From Pirellulales bacterium (GTDB lineage Bacteria > Planctomycetota > Planctomycetia > Pirellulales > UBA1268): 40,359 nucleotides of DNA. The notes under the pieces were generated by a model. It had not been told where the DNA came from, ran no database searches, and saw nothing but the letters and a program-made list of their open reading frames with translations. A program made the position numbers and the translations under genes. This document shows positions 1 through 9,676 of this stretch, piece by piece. Position 1 is the stretch's first letter. Each line of letters opens with the position of its first letter. The stretch is taken from NCBI GenBank assembly GCA_044355515.1, contig JBIKXY010000003.1, positions 1 through 40,359 of the forward strand. The letters run 5' to 3'.

Positions 1-226
1 CGCCGGTCGGTCCGCCGTCGCCATACGGTCCGGGCAGGTACGGGTCGTCGAGAACCACCGGGCCGCCGGGAAAAACCGGGCCGCCGGGCTCGATCGGTGG
101 CAAGCGTTGGGGATCCGCCACGGCCGCCGGCGCCGGGAGATCGCCGAATCCGACATCCTGGGCCGCGGCTGTGGCCGCCACGAGGCAGGCCAGGGTCACC
201 AGCGCGCGGAGGACAGGAACGGGCAT
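1..226 (-). CDS. Secreted protein, N-terminal part only (runs off the left edge)
   Basis: Absent from the ORF track because there is no stop in the window. Manual translation from ATG 226 (alternative 241): MPVPVLRALVTLACLVAATAAA-QDVGFGDLPAPAAVADPQRLPPIEPGGPVFPGG. This is a Sec signal peptide with an AxA site followed by a Pro-rich segment. Confidence 0.65.
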   Translation of the reverse strand, partial: MPVPVLRALVTLACLVAATAAAQDVGFGDLPAPAAVADPQRLPPIEPGGPVFPGGPVVLDDPYLPGPYGDGGPTG

Positions 227-499
227 GGCGAACGACGGCATCTGGGGTGGCCGGGGCGACGCAGCGGCAGCCCGGTTCGGATCCTGATCCTTGCAGGTTG
301 CAGTCAGCGGCCGGTTGCGGCCAGACTCTATCGGGCCGGCGGTTGCCGGCTACAGACTGATCGGCTCGCCGAAGCTCCGACTCGCGACCCCTTCCCGGTG
401 TCGCGACTTTCTCCGCCGCGTCGCGGCAGGCTGGGAGAGATCGGAAATCCGCCGCCACGCCAGATTCCGTCGCCGCCCCCGACCCCGAGGTTCACCACG

Positions 500-1009
500 A
501 TGCCCCTTTCCTCCCAGCCCCCGGCGGTCGCCCCTGCTGACGGCGTGGCCGCGGCGCTCGGCCGGATCCCGAGCGGCTTGTTCATCGTCACCTGGCAGTC
601 ACAGGGCTGCGATCGCGGGATGCTGGCCAGTTGGGTGATGCAGGCCGGGTTCGCGCCGCCGCTGTTGTCGGTGGCCGTGGGCACGTCCCGCGATCTGCTC
701 GAGGGGATCAGGGCCGGCGGCCTGTTCGCGGTCAACGTGCTGGCGGAGTCGCAACGCAGCCTGCTGGCCCGGTTCGGCAAGCCTCCGGCCGAAGGCGAGG
801 ATCTGTTTGCGGGGTTGGCCCTCGACCGGACGCCGGCCGGCCTCGCCGTGCTCGCCGAGGCGGCCGGCTGGATGGAGTGCCGGCCGGTGGGCGAGACGGC
901 CGCGGCCGGCGCTGATCATGCGCTCGTGCTCGGCCGGGTCGAGGCGGCCGGCGGGCGGCCCGACACCTCGCCCTTGGTGCACCTCCGCCGCAGCGGCCTG
1001 CGGTACTGA
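500..1009 (+). CDS. Flavin reductase-like domain protein
   Basis: ALGRIPSGLFIVT, GMLASWVMQAGFAPP, FAVNVL, WMEC and DHALVLGRV motifs. Start trimmed to ATG 500 within ORF 107..1009. Confidence 0.88.
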   Translation: MPLSSQPPAVAPADGVAAALGRIPSGLFIVTWQSQGCDRGMLASWVMQAGFAPPLLSVAVGTSRDLLEGIRAGGLFAVNVLAESQRSLLARFGKPPAEGEDLFAGLALDRTPAGLAVLAEAAGWMECRPVGETAAAGADHALVLGRVEAAGGRPDTSPLVHLRRSGLRY

Positions 1010-1017
1010 ATCTCCGC

Positions 1018-2049
1018 TCACAGGTAGCGGGCCACGATCGCCCGGCCGCGGGCCTCGTCGCGGGTGCCGTCCACGATGGCCCGGCCGTCCGCGAACACCG
1101 AGAGCCGGATGCCCGGCTCGACCTCGGCCCGCATCAGCCATGCGTTCAGCGTCACGTCGGCCACGCCGGCGAGCTTGGCGGCCAGCACGGGCAGGTCGAC
1201 GAGACCGCCGGCCGACGCCGGCACCTGCACGGCCTCGCGGCCGCAGACCGGCACCGCCACACCGCCCAGTCGCCCCTCGAGCCAGGGATAGTCGCCGCGG
1301 CGGCAGGTCGGGCAGCCGGCCGCGGCCAAGGGGGCGAGATCGACGACCCGCCACTGAAACGTCCACAGGTCGCAGGCCAGCATCCGCCCGGCCGACTCTC
1401 CAGCCGCGCCCACCAGCAGCTTGATCGCCTCGGCCGCCTGCACCGCGGCCACCACCAGCGCGGCCGGGCCGATGATGCCGGCCGTGTCGCAGGTGGGGAG
1501 CGTGCCGGGCGGCGGCGGCTCGGGCACGAGACACCTGAGGCAGGCCGTCTGGCCCGGGATCACCGTGAGCACGCGGCCCTCGGCACCGACCGCGCCGCCA
1601 TGCACCCAGGGCACTCCTGAGCGGCAGGCAATCTCGTTCACAAGATAGCGGGCCTCGAGGTTGTCGGTGCCGTCCACGATCGCGTCCACGCCGGCGAGCA
1701 GCTCGGCCGCGGTGGCCGCCGTGAGATCGGCCACGACCGGCTCGAGCGTGACCGCGGAGTTGATCCGGGAGAGCTGCCGCGCCGCCGCCGCCGCCTTCGG
1801 CAGTGCCGCGGCCACATCGGCTTCGTCGAAGAGCACCTGCCGGGGCAGGTTCGAGAGCTCGGGCAGATCGCGGTCGATCAGCCGGAGGTGGCCGACGCCC
1901 GCCCGGGCCAGGGCCATGGCCGCGGCGCTCCCGAGCGCCCCGCAGCCGACGATGGCGACCCGGGCCGCGGCGAGCCTGGCCTGCCCCTCGGGCCCGAGCG
2001 GCGCGAAGCGGATCTGGCGGGAGTAGCGGTCGGCATCGACAGCGGCCAT
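1018..2049 (-). CDS. ThiF/MoeB-family adenylyltransferase (E1-like)
   Basis: RYSRQ, GCGALG, SNLPRQ, CLRC and CPTC zinc pairs, PTCDTAG, and a C-terminal CGREAVQ...VFADGRAIV extension. Start 2049 (alternative 2058). Confidence 0.92.
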   Translation of the reverse strand: MAAVDADRYSRQIRFAPLGPEGQARLAAARVAIVGCGALGSAAAMALARAGVGHLRLIDRDLPELSNLPRQVLFDEADVAAALPKAAAAARQLSRINSAVTLEPVVADLTAATAAELLAGVDAIVDGTDNLEARYLVNEIACRSGVPWVHGGAVGAEGRVLTVIPGQTACLRCLVPEPPPPGTLPTCDTAGIIGPAALVVAAVQAAEAIKLLVGAAGESAGRMLACDLWTFQWRVVDLAPLAAAGCPTCRRGDYPWLEGRLGGVAVPVCGREAVQVPASAGGLVDLPVLAAKLAGVADVTLNAWLMRAEVEPGIRLSVFADGRAIVDGTRDEARGRAIVARYL

Positions 2050-2153
2050 GCTCGCCATGCTACCCGTTGCCGTGGCCGATCGCCCGCAGGTCAGGCACCG
2101 CGGCCCGGCCCCTTCGGCCTGCCTCGCCCCGGGACCGCGACACGCTGCCGGTT

Positions 2154-3155
2154 TCAGCCCGCGAGATAGCCCGCCCAGTCCCACCGCGGGCCGGGCCGGC
2201 CGTCGCCCCAGGCCGCCAGCGCCGTCTGCAGGGCGTCGCAGCCGCGGCGCGTCGGCTCGGAGCCCGCGGCCGGGGGGCCGGTTCGCCGGGCGATGAGCGG
2301 CACCGGCGGCTCGGTCCGCCAGGCCTCGTGCGGCAGGCCGTCGGGTGGCAGGGCGACCACGAGCAGATCGATGCCGGCGGGAACGGCCGGCGGCGGGAGC
2401 ATGCCGTCGGCCTCCCAGACGACGAGCAGTGTGCCCCTGCGGCCGCGGGTCGCACTCGCGATCTCACTGGCCTGCTCGGCCGCCACGCCCCGCGGCACCA
2501 CGGCCCCGATCACCGCCGGATGCCAGGCCCAGCGAACGACCGCGGCGACCGCGGCTTCAGCATCGAGCGGCCGGCCGGTGTCGGCGGCAAGCAGGCCGAT
2601 CACAGCCAGGCCCTCGGCGTCAGCGCGAGTGAGAAAGTCGTCGGACGGGTCCGGCACGACTGCGGCGAGGGATGCGGCCCGAAACGCCGTCAGATCGACC
2701 CGCTCTGCGGGAGCCGCGAGCCCGCGGGGAACGTAGCGGCGACCGTCGAGCCAGAGCGATCGCCCGCGGACGCCCAGTCGCCGCAGGCCCACCCGGCGTC
2801 GCCACACGGCCCGCTCGCTTCCCGCCGCGTCCAGCCGGGCCTCGAGCCGGTAGAGGTTCGGCAGTTCCGGCGTCCAGAAGGATGGCTCGGTGAGAATGGC
2901 CCGGGCCACGACCGAGTCGGCGGCCTCCGGGGCCAAACCGGCCGGCGAGCCGGGCACGGTCGCCAGCTTCGCCGTCACCGGGAGCGTGATCGCATGCCGG
3001 CACTCCGGTCCGGTGAGTGTGCCCGTGAGCATGGCCGCGGCCGGCTCCACACCCGACGGGAGCACGGCCCGAAAAAAAACCTCCGCCCGCAGCGAGTCGC
3101 TCCGGCCGAGCAGGCAATCGAGTTCGACAGCCGCGTCGTCGCGGGCCGCGGTCAC
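2154..3155 (-). CDS. Hypothetical protein, degenerate glycoside hydrolase family 2-like
   Basis: FWTPELPNLYRL, VGLRRLGVRGRSLWLDGRRYVPRG, ADAEGLAV and RWAWHPAVI resemble successive GH2 blocks. The GTG start overlaps the upstream stop (GTGA). Confidence 0.6.
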   Translation of the reverse strand: MTAARDDAAVELDCLLGRSDSLRAEVFFRAVLPSGVEPAAAMLTGTLTGPECRHAITLPVTAKLATVPGSPAGLAPEAADSVVARAILTEPSFWTPELPNLYRLEARLDAAGSERAVWRRRVGLRRLGVRGRSLWLDGRRYVPRGLAAPAERVDLTAFRAASLAAVVPDPSDDFLTRADAEGLAVIGLLAADTGRPLDAEAAVAAVVRWAWHPAVIGAVVPRGVAAEQASEIASATRGRRGTLLVVWEADGMLPPPAVPAGIDLLVVALPPDGLPHEAWRTEPPVPLIARRTGPPAAGSEPTRRGCDALQTALAAWGDGRPGPRWDWAGYLAG

Positions 3156-4792
3156 GTCGCCGCCTCGCCGAACCGCTCGCGGGCCAGTTCGCCGAGCCGG
3201 CGGAGGTCGAGCTTGCCCGAGCCGAGCACCGGCATCTCCTCGATCACGCCGAAGGCGTCGGCCCCGGGGATCCAGAGGTTGGGCAGGCCTCGCTCCCGCA
3301 GCGCCGCCACCACGCCGCCGATCTCCCGCTCGGTCGGCAGGTGGAACACGACCAGCCGCTCCCCCTTGGCCCGGTCGGGCACGGCCGTCACCACGGCCAG
3401 CAGCTCCCCGTCGGAGGCGCCGAGCGCCTCGTTGACCGCCTCCTCGACCGAGAGGTGGGGCACCATCTCGCCGCCGATCTTGGAGAACCGGCTCTCCCGG
3501 CCGGTGATCGTGATGAAGCCCTCCCAGTCGAGCCGGGCGATGTCGCCCGTGCAGTACCAGCCGTCGTGCACCACCTGCGCGGTGAGATCGGGCCGGTCGA
3601 GATAGCCCTGCATCACGTTGGGCCCCGCGATCCAGAGCAGCCCCTCCTCGCCGATGGGCAACTCCCGCGTGCCCTCGCGGTCGGTGATCCGGGCCCGGCA
3701 GCCGGCGATCGGCTGGCCCACGGTGCCCTCGCGGGCGTCGACGGGCCGGCCCGGCACGTGACGGGCGGGAGGCACGTTGGCCGCCACGAGCGGCGCGAGT
3801 TCCGTCGCCCCATAGGCCTCCACCGGCCGCACGCCGAACTTCTGCTCGAAGGCGTCGCTCACCTCCTTGGGCAGCTTCTCGGCCGCCCCGAACACCGCCT
3901 CCAGGCTGGAAAAATCCTCGGCGGGCGTGCGGCGGACGTAGATCCGCAGGAACGTGGGCGTGGCCATCAGGAGCGTGGCGTGATGCTCCCGGGCCAGCCG
4001 GCCCACCACCTGGGCGTCACGCGGGTCGGCGTGGTAGACGACCGCGGGGTCGAGCACGAGCGGCGTCCAGAGCGTGGTCGTGTAGCCGTAGGAGTGGAAG
4101 AACGGCAGCACGCCGAGCGCGACGTCGGCCGGCGAGAGGTGCAGGAGCTGGTCGATCGCCCGGACGTTCGAGCAGACGTTCTCCTCGCTGAGCACCACGC
4201 CCTTGGGGTCGCCCGTCGAGCCCGAGGTGAAGATCACCGTCAGCACGTCGTCGGGTCGCATCCGGTGGAGGCCCAAGAGCCGCTCCAACAGCGGCAGCGG
4301 AACGGCCGTGGCCTGGAGGAAGCCGACGAGCTTGTCGGATGTGGTCGCGAGCTTCTTGAGATCTCCCGCGTCGAGCAGCCGTTCACCCACCTGGAGCTTG
4401 ACGCGTGAGAGAAACAGCGGGCTCGAGATGACGTGGGCGAGCCCGGCCCGCTCGATGCAGATGTCGAGGATCGGCTGGGCCGAGGTGTAGTTGAGGTTCA
4501 CGGCCACGCGGCCGGAGAGCGCGAGCGCCGCGTTGACGATCGCCGCCCCGGCCGTGGGGGGCAGGAGCACGCCCACCCGCTTCTCATTCGGCCCGAGTGC
4601 CCGGTCGAGCACCCGCTTGGCGACGAGGATCCGCGTCAGCAGTTCCCGGCCGGTGAGCTTGGTGCCGAGCGAGTCGGCCATCTTGAGCCGGCCGGCGGCC
4701 GCCCGGCAGGCCCGCAGCATCCGGCGTTGCAGCACATAGGCCGCGGCCGGATCGCTCGCGGCGGCAGGCTGGAGAGCGGGCTCGTTCGGCAT
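3152..4792 (-). CDS. AMP-binding enzyme, Aas-type acyl-ACP synthetase domain only
   Basis: IFTSGSTGDPKG, LPFFHSYG, EAYGATE, WYCTGD, RFSKIGGEMV and GSGKLD. No N-terminal acyltransferase domain. Confidence 0.88.
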   Translation of the reverse strand: MPNEPALQPAAASDPAAAYVLQRRMLRACRAAAGRLKMADSLGTKLTGRELLTRILVAKRVLDRALGPNEKRVGVLLPPTAGAAIVNAALALSGRVAVNLNYTSAQPILDICIERAGLAHVISSPLFLSRVKLQVGERLLDAGDLKKLATTSDKLVGFLQATAVPLPLLERLLGLHRMRPDDVLTVIFTSGSTGDPKGVVLSEENVCSNVRAIDQLLHLSPADVALGVLPFFHSYGYTTTLWTPLVLDPAVVYHADPRDAQVVGRLAREHHATLLMATPTFLRIYVRRTPAEDFSSLEAVFGAAEKLPKEVSDAFEQKFGVRPVEAYGATELAPLVAANVPPARHVPGRPVDAREGTVGQPIAGCRARITDREGTRELPIGEEGLLWIAGPNVMQGYLDRPDLTAQVVHDGWYCTGDIARLDWEGFITITGRESRFSKIGGEMVPHLSVEEAVNEALGASDGELLAVVTAVPDRAKGERLVVFHLPTEREIGGVVAALRERGLPNLWIPGADAFGVIEEMPVLGSGKLDLRRLGELARERFGEAAT

Positions 4793-4832
4793 CGGGCAAG
4801 GACTCTCCGGGGGCCGCAAGACGGGGCTTCCG

Positions 4833-4860
4833 TTGCCCGGTTTTGCCCGAATATTAGAAT
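4833..4860 (+). promoter_or_regulatory. Putative sigma70 promoter of leuS
   Basis: TTGCCC (4833-38), N16, TAGAAT (4855-60) in an AT-rich patch of the divergent intergenic region. Confidence 0.5.
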
Positions 4861-4944
4861 CCCGGGCTCGCGGACTGAACAGGCGAGCCTGCGGGCCGCC
4901 CGGCTCGGCCCCCTTCCCCGCCCGCACTGCCCCGGACCCTTCGG

Positions 4945-7758
4945 ATGCCCCGCTACCAGCCCGCGCGGATCGAACCGAAGTGGCAGGCCTGGTGGGAGGC
5001 ACACGACACCTTCGCCACGCCCCGGCTGCCCCCGCCCGGCGGCCGCAAGGCCTACGTGCTCGACATGTTTCCCTATCCGAGCGGCGACGGGCTCCACGTC
5101 GGCCACCCGGAGGGCTACACCGCCACCGACATCGTGAGCCGGTTCGAGCGGATGCGGGGCACCTGCGTGATGCACCCGATGGGCTTCGACGCCTTCGGCC
5201 TGCCGGCCGAGGAGCACGCGATCCGCACCGGCACGCCCCCCCGGGAGAGCACGGAGCGAAACATCGCCACCTTCACGCGGCAGCTGAAGATGCTCGGCTT
5301 CAGCTACGACTGGAACCGCGTCCTGGCGACGACCGATCCCGGCTACGTCCGCTGGACGCAGTGGATCTTCCTCGTGCTCCACGACACCTGGTTCGACCGT
5401 GAGCAGGGGCGGGGCCGGCCGATCGCCGAGTTGCCGATTCCTCCGGCCGTGACGGCCACCGGCGCGGCGGCCGTGGCGAAGTATCGCGACGCTCATCGCC
5501 TCGCCTACCAGTCGGAGGCGCCGGTCAACTGGTGCCCGGCGCTCGGCACGGTGCTCGCCAACGAGGAGGTGATCGGCGGCGTCAGCGAGCGGGGCGGCCA
5601 TCCGGTCGTGCGGCTCCCGCTGCGGCAGTGGATGCTGCGGATCACGGCCTACGCCGACCGGCTGGAGCGGGAACTCGACGACCTGGCCTGGCCCGAGAGC
5701 ATCAAGAAGCTCCAGCGGGACTGGATCGGCAGGAGCACGGGCGCCGAGGTGGATTTCTTCGTGCCGCCGGCCGGCGACCAGGCGGCGGCCTTCACGGCCT
5801 GGAAGGCGGCGCGGGCAGCCGCCGGCTTCCCCGAGGCCGCGGGCGACGACGTGCTCCGGATCTACACCACGCGGGCCGACACGCTCTACGGCGTCAGCTG
5901 CATGGTGGTGGCCCCCGAGCACCCGCTCGTGGACCGGCTCGCCGCCCCCGGGCAGCGGGCCGCGATCGACGCCTACCGCGAGGCGGCGGCTCGCAAGAGC
6001 GACCTCGACCGCACCGACCTGGCCCGCGAGAAGACCGGCGTGTTCACCGGCTCGCACGTCATCCACCCGCTCACGGGGAAGCCCGTCCCGGTCTGGATCG
6101 CCGACTACGTGCTGGCCAGTTACGGCACCGGGGCGATCATGTCGGTGCCGGCCCACGACGACCGCGACTTCGAGTTCGCGAAGGCCTTCGGCCTGGAGAT
6201 CCTGACGGTGATCGAGCCGGCTGAAGGCTCGACCGCCGCCGGGGGCTCGGCCGGCGCCGGGGGCCTGTTCACGGGCCGCGGCCGGGCGGTCGCCTCGGGC
6301 CCCTACACGGGCCTCACCAGCGACGAGTTTCTCGCGCGGGTGGCCGCCGATCTGGCCGCCGCGGGCCTCGGCCGCCCGGCCGTCAACTACAAGCTCCGCG
6401 ACTGGCTCTTCAGCCGGCAGCGGTTCTGGGGCGAGCCCTTTCCGATCCTCCACGAGCTCGACGCCGAGGGGCGGCCCACGGGCGTGGTCCGCGCGGTGGA
6501 CGAGGCGGAGCTGCCGGTGCCCCTGCCGGCGCTCGCCGACTTCAAGCCGGGCGACACCCCCGACCCGCCGCTCTCACGGGCGGGCCACGACTGGCTGTTC
6601 GTCGAGCGGGACGGCCGGCGGTATCGCCGCGAAACCAACACCATGCCGCAGTGGGCCGGCTCCTGCTGGTACTACCTGCGGTTTCTCGACTCCCACAACG
6701 CCGAGCGGTTCATCGACCCCGAGGTCGAGAAGGCCTGGATGCCGGTCGATCTCTACGTCGGCGGCGCGGAGCACGCCGTGCTCCACCTCCTCTACTCGCG
6801 GTTCTGGCACAAGGTGCTCTACGACCGCGGCCACGTCTCCTGCCCCGAGCCCTTCGGCCGGCTCGTCAACCAGGGAATGATCCTCGGCGAGATGGAGTTC
6901 ACCGGCTACCGGGCAGCCGGCGGCGGCTGGGTCTCGGCGGAGAAGCGGGGCGAGGCCGACACGCCCGTCCGCCTCCCGGCCGAGCAGGTGGAGAAGCAGG
7001 GGGAGCATTTCGTGCTCCGCGACCTGCCCAAGATCCGCGTCGAGAGCCGGGCCTACAAGATGTCCAAGAGCCGCGGCAACGTGGTCAACCCCGACCAGGT
7101 CGTGAAAGACTTCGGGGCCGACGCGCTGCGGCTCTACGAGATGTTCATGGGGCCCTTGGAGGCGACCAAGCCCTGGAGCACGACCGGCGTGGGGGGCGTC
7201 CGCGGGTTTCTCGACCGCTGCTGGCGGCTGGTGGTGGACGAGCGGGCCGACGAGCTGGCCCTCGCCCCCCAGGTCTGCGACGACCCGCCCACCGACGAAG
7301 AGCTCCGCGAGCTGCACCGGATGATCGACAAGGTCACGAAAGACATCCCGGCGCTCTCCTTCAACACCGCGATCGCCCGGATGATGGAGTTCGTGAACTT
7401 CTGCACGCCGCTCGAGCGAAGGCCGCGGGCGATCCTCGAGCCGTTCGTGACGGTGCTCGCCCCCTTCGCCCCGCACCTGGCCGAGGAGCTGTGGGAGCTG
7501 CTGGGCCGGCCCGCCCCGGTGTCGATCGCCGCCTGGCCGGCGGTCGAGCCGAAGTGGCTGGTGGATGACACCGTCGAGATCCCGGTCCAGATCCAGGGCA
7601 AGCTCCGCGGCCGCGTGGTGGTGCCCGCCGGGGCCGACGCCAAGGCGCTCGAGGCCGCGGCGGCCGCCGATCCGAAGATCGCGGAGCTCCTCGCCGGCAA
7701 GCGGATCGTGAAGGTGGTCGCCGTCCCCGGCCGGCTCGTGAACTTCGTGCTCGGCTGA
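4945..7758 (+). CDS. leuS: Leucine--tRNA ligase
   Basis: MFPYPSG..LHVGH (HIGH motif), [12 protein letters not shown] editing domain, GGAEHA, KMSKS; 937 aa. Confidence 0.98.
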   Translation: MPRYQPARIEPKWQAWWEAHDTFATPRLPPPGGRKAYVLDMFPYPSGDGLHVGHPEGYTATDIVSRFERMRGTCVMHPMGFDAFGLPAEEHAIRTGTPPRESTERNIATFTRQLKMLGFSYDWNRVLATTDPGYVRWTQWIFLVLHDTWFDREQGRGRPIAELPIPPAVTATGAAAVAKYRDAHRLAYQSEAPVNWCPALGTVLANEEVIGGVSERGGHPVVRLPLRQWMLRITAYADRLERELDDLAWPESIKKLQRDWIGRSTGAEVDFFVPPAGDQAAAFTAWKAARAAAGFPEAAGDDVLRIYTTRADTLYGVSCMVVAPEHPLVDRLAAPGQRAAIDAYREAAARKSDLDRTDLAREKTGVFTGSHVIHPLTGKPVPVWIADYVLASYGTGAIMSVPAHDDRDFEFAKAFGLEILTVIEPAEGSTAAGGSAGAGGLFTGRGRAVASGPYTGLTSDEFLARVAADLAAAGLGRPAVNYKLRDWLFSRQRFWGEPFPILHELDAEGRPTGVVRAVDEAELPVPLPALADFKPGDTPDPPLSRAGHDWLFVERDGRRYRRETNTMPQWAGSCWYYLRFLDSHNAERFIDPEVEKAWMPVDLYVGGAEHAVLHLLYSRFWHKVLYDRGHVSCPEPFGRLVNQGMILGEMEFTGYRAAGGGWVSAEKRGEADTPVRLPAEQVEKQGEHFVLRDLPKIRVESRAYKMSKSRGNVVNPDQVVKDFGADALRLYEMFMGPLEATKPWSTTGVGGVRGFLDRCWRLVVDERADELALAPQVCDDPPTDEELRELHRMIDKVTKDIPALSFNTAIARMMEFVNFCTPLERRPRAILEPFVTVLAPFAPHLAEELWELLGRPAPVSIAAWPAVEPKWLVDDTVEIPVQIQGKLRGRVVVPAGADAKALEAAAAADPKIAELLAGKRIVKVVAVPGRLVNFVLG

Positions 7759-7891
7759 CCGGCGGCCGCGTCGTCGGGAGATGCCCAGCCGCAGCACTCC
7801 AGCGGCCGGCTCGTGGGCTGTCCTGATCGTTGCCGGCGGGGTTACCATGTGGGCCCCCCCATCCGATCGGCCCCGAGTGCAGGTTCGCGTC

Positions 7892-9211
7892 ATGTCCGTG
7901 CGGCACGTGTTGGCTCTCGTCCTCGGCGGCGGCCGGGGCACCCGTCTGTTTCCGCTCACCCGCGACCGCTCCAAGCCGGCCGTGCCCCTGGCGGGGAAAT
8001 ACCGGATCATCGATGTGCCCCTCTCCAACTGCATCAACTCGGGGGTGCAGCGGATCTACGTGCTCACGCAGTTCAACTCCGTCAGCCTCCACCGCCACAT
8101 CCGCCGCACCTACACCTTCGACGCCTTCAGCGGCGGCTTCGTCGAGATCCTCGCGGCCCAGCAGACCCTCGACGCCGACGTGGGCTGGTATCAGGGCACG
8201 GCCGACGCCGTGCGGCAGAATCTCCGCTACCTCCAGCAGCCCGACATCAAGCATGTCTTGATCCTCTCCGGCGACCAGCTCTACCGGATGAACTACGCCG
8301 ACATGCTCGCCACCCATATGGACACCGGCGCCGACGTCACGATCGCCGGGATCCCCGTGCACGACGAGGCGGCCTCGGCCCTGGGCATCATGCGGATGGA
8401 CGACGCCGGCCGCGTGCACGGGTTTCTCGAGAAGCCGCAGACCTCCGCCGAACTGGCCGACTTCCGCACCGCCCCGGCCTGGATCGAGGCCCGCGGGATC
8501 CCCGCCGGCGGCCGCAGCCTGATGGCCAGCATGGGGATCTATCTCTTCAACCGCGACTGCCTGCTCGACCTGCTGACGAAGACCGACTACCGCGACTTCG
8601 GCCGGGAGGTGTTCCCGGCGGCGATCCGGGCCAAAGAGGTGCAGCTGCACGCCTTCGACGGCTACTGGGAGGACATCGGCACGATCCGCTCCTACTACCA
8701 GTGCAACCTGGACCTGGCCCGGGCGGCGGTGCCCTTCGAGCTGGCCACGGCCGAGGCGCCGATCTACTCCCGGGCCCGATTCCTGCCCCCCTCGCGGATC
8801 GAGGGGGCGAGCGTGCGGCACAGCCTCGTCTCCGACGGCTGCCTGATCGAGGAGGGGGCCGTGATCGAGAACAGCGTGATCGGGCTGCGGTGTCGGATCG
8901 GGAAGAACGTGGTGATCCGCAACTCGGTGATCCTGGGCAGCGACTTCTACGAGACGCCCGCCGACCTGGCCACCGACGCCGCCCGCGGCGATCCCCCCCT
9001 GGGCATCGGCGAGGGCACGATCATCGAGGGGGCGATCGTGGACAAGAACGTCCACATCGGCCGGCGGGCGCGGATCGTCAACGAGCACCACTGGACCGAC
9101 ACGGCCGACTGCCCGCGGTTCATGGTCCGGGACGGCGTGGCCGTGGTGCCCCGCGGGGCGATCGTGCCCGACGGCTGGATCCCCGAGCCGGGGCTCGTGA
9201 AGCAGGCCTAG
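7892..9211 (+). CDS. glgC: Glucose-1-phosphate adenylyltransferase
   Basis: LGGGRGTRLFPLT, KPAVP, WYQGTADAV, FLEKP, ASMGIY, GYWEDIGT and a C-terminal beta-helix. Start trimmed to 7892. Confidence 0.97.
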   Translation: MSVRHVLALVLGGGRGTRLFPLTRDRSKPAVPLAGKYRIIDVPLSNCINSGVQRIYVLTQFNSVSLHRHIRRTYTFDAFSGGFVEILAAQQTLDADVGWYQGTADAVRQNLRYLQQPDIKHVLILSGDQLYRMNYADMLATHMDTGADVTIAGIPVHDEAASALGIMRMDDAGRVHGFLEKPQTSAELADFRTAPAWIEARGIPAGGRSLMASMGIYLFNRDCLLDLLTKTDYRDFGREVFPAAIRAKEVQLHAFDGYWEDIGTIRSYYQCNLDLARAAVPFELATAEAPIYSRARFLPPSRIEGASVRHSLVSDGCLIEEGAVIENSVIGLRCRIGKNVVIRNSVILGSDFYETPADLATDAARGDPPLGIGEGTIIEGAIVDKNVHIGRRARIVNEHHWTDTADCPRFMVRDGVAVVPRGAIVPDGWIPEPGLVKQA

Positions 9212-9531
9212 CGGGGGGCGGGAGGCGGTCCTTCGGTGTCGCCTCCGGCCGGCTCGGCAGCCAGGCGAACGGGGGCGGCCTGCGACCCCTCGGCGGCGGG
9301 CTTGGACTCCCGCCGCACGATCGGCGGCCAGGGACGGGGTGCCGCATCGATCGGGGCGATGCCGTTGCTGCGGGCCCGAAAATCGTTTTGCGTCACCGAC
9401 CCGTTGGGCACCGGGCCGGAGTAGTCGTAGGGGTCGGGGCACATCGTGCAGCCGGCCAGCATCACCAGGGCGGCCCCCGCGGCGAGCAGGCCGGTTCGAC
9501 TTGGCAGCCCGGGGACCCCCGTCATCGACAT
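9208..9531 (-). CDS. Small lipoprotein of unknown function
   Basis: Hydrophobic stretch and lipobox LAGC, then TMCPDPYDYSGP and an Ala/Pro-rich tail. Its stop overlaps the glgC stop by 4 bp (CTAG). Confidence 0.7.
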   Translation of the reverse strand: MSMTGVPGLPSRTGLLAAGAALVMLAGCTMCPDPYDYSGPVPNGSVTQNDFRARSNGIAPIDAAPRPWPPIVRRESKPAAEGSQAAPVRLAAEPAGGDTEGPPPAPR

Positions 9532-9550
9532 TCCCTCCCGGCAGGCGGGC

Positions 9551-9586
9551 TGCCGCGGGGCCGGCCCCCCGACCGGTCCCGCGGCA
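9551..9586. other. GC-rich stem-loop between the UDG and lipoprotein genes
   Basis: TGCCGCGGGGCCGG, 8-nt loop, CCGGTCCCGCGGCA (14-bp stem with one G:T pair). A second small dyad CCGGTTT...AAACCGG lies at 9648-9669. Confidence 0.5.
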
Positions 9587-9676
9587 ACTTCGCACCGAAA
9601 TCAGCGGCTGTTCCCCAACCCCGTCCTTGATGATCGGATCGGCAGGACCGGTTTCTTCAGCAAAACCGGCCCCGGG

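Noticed and set aside
4945-7758. Intein or unusual insertion in the 937-aa LeuRS
   Set aside because: No intein termini or endonuclease motifs. The length fits long-type bacterial LeuRS.
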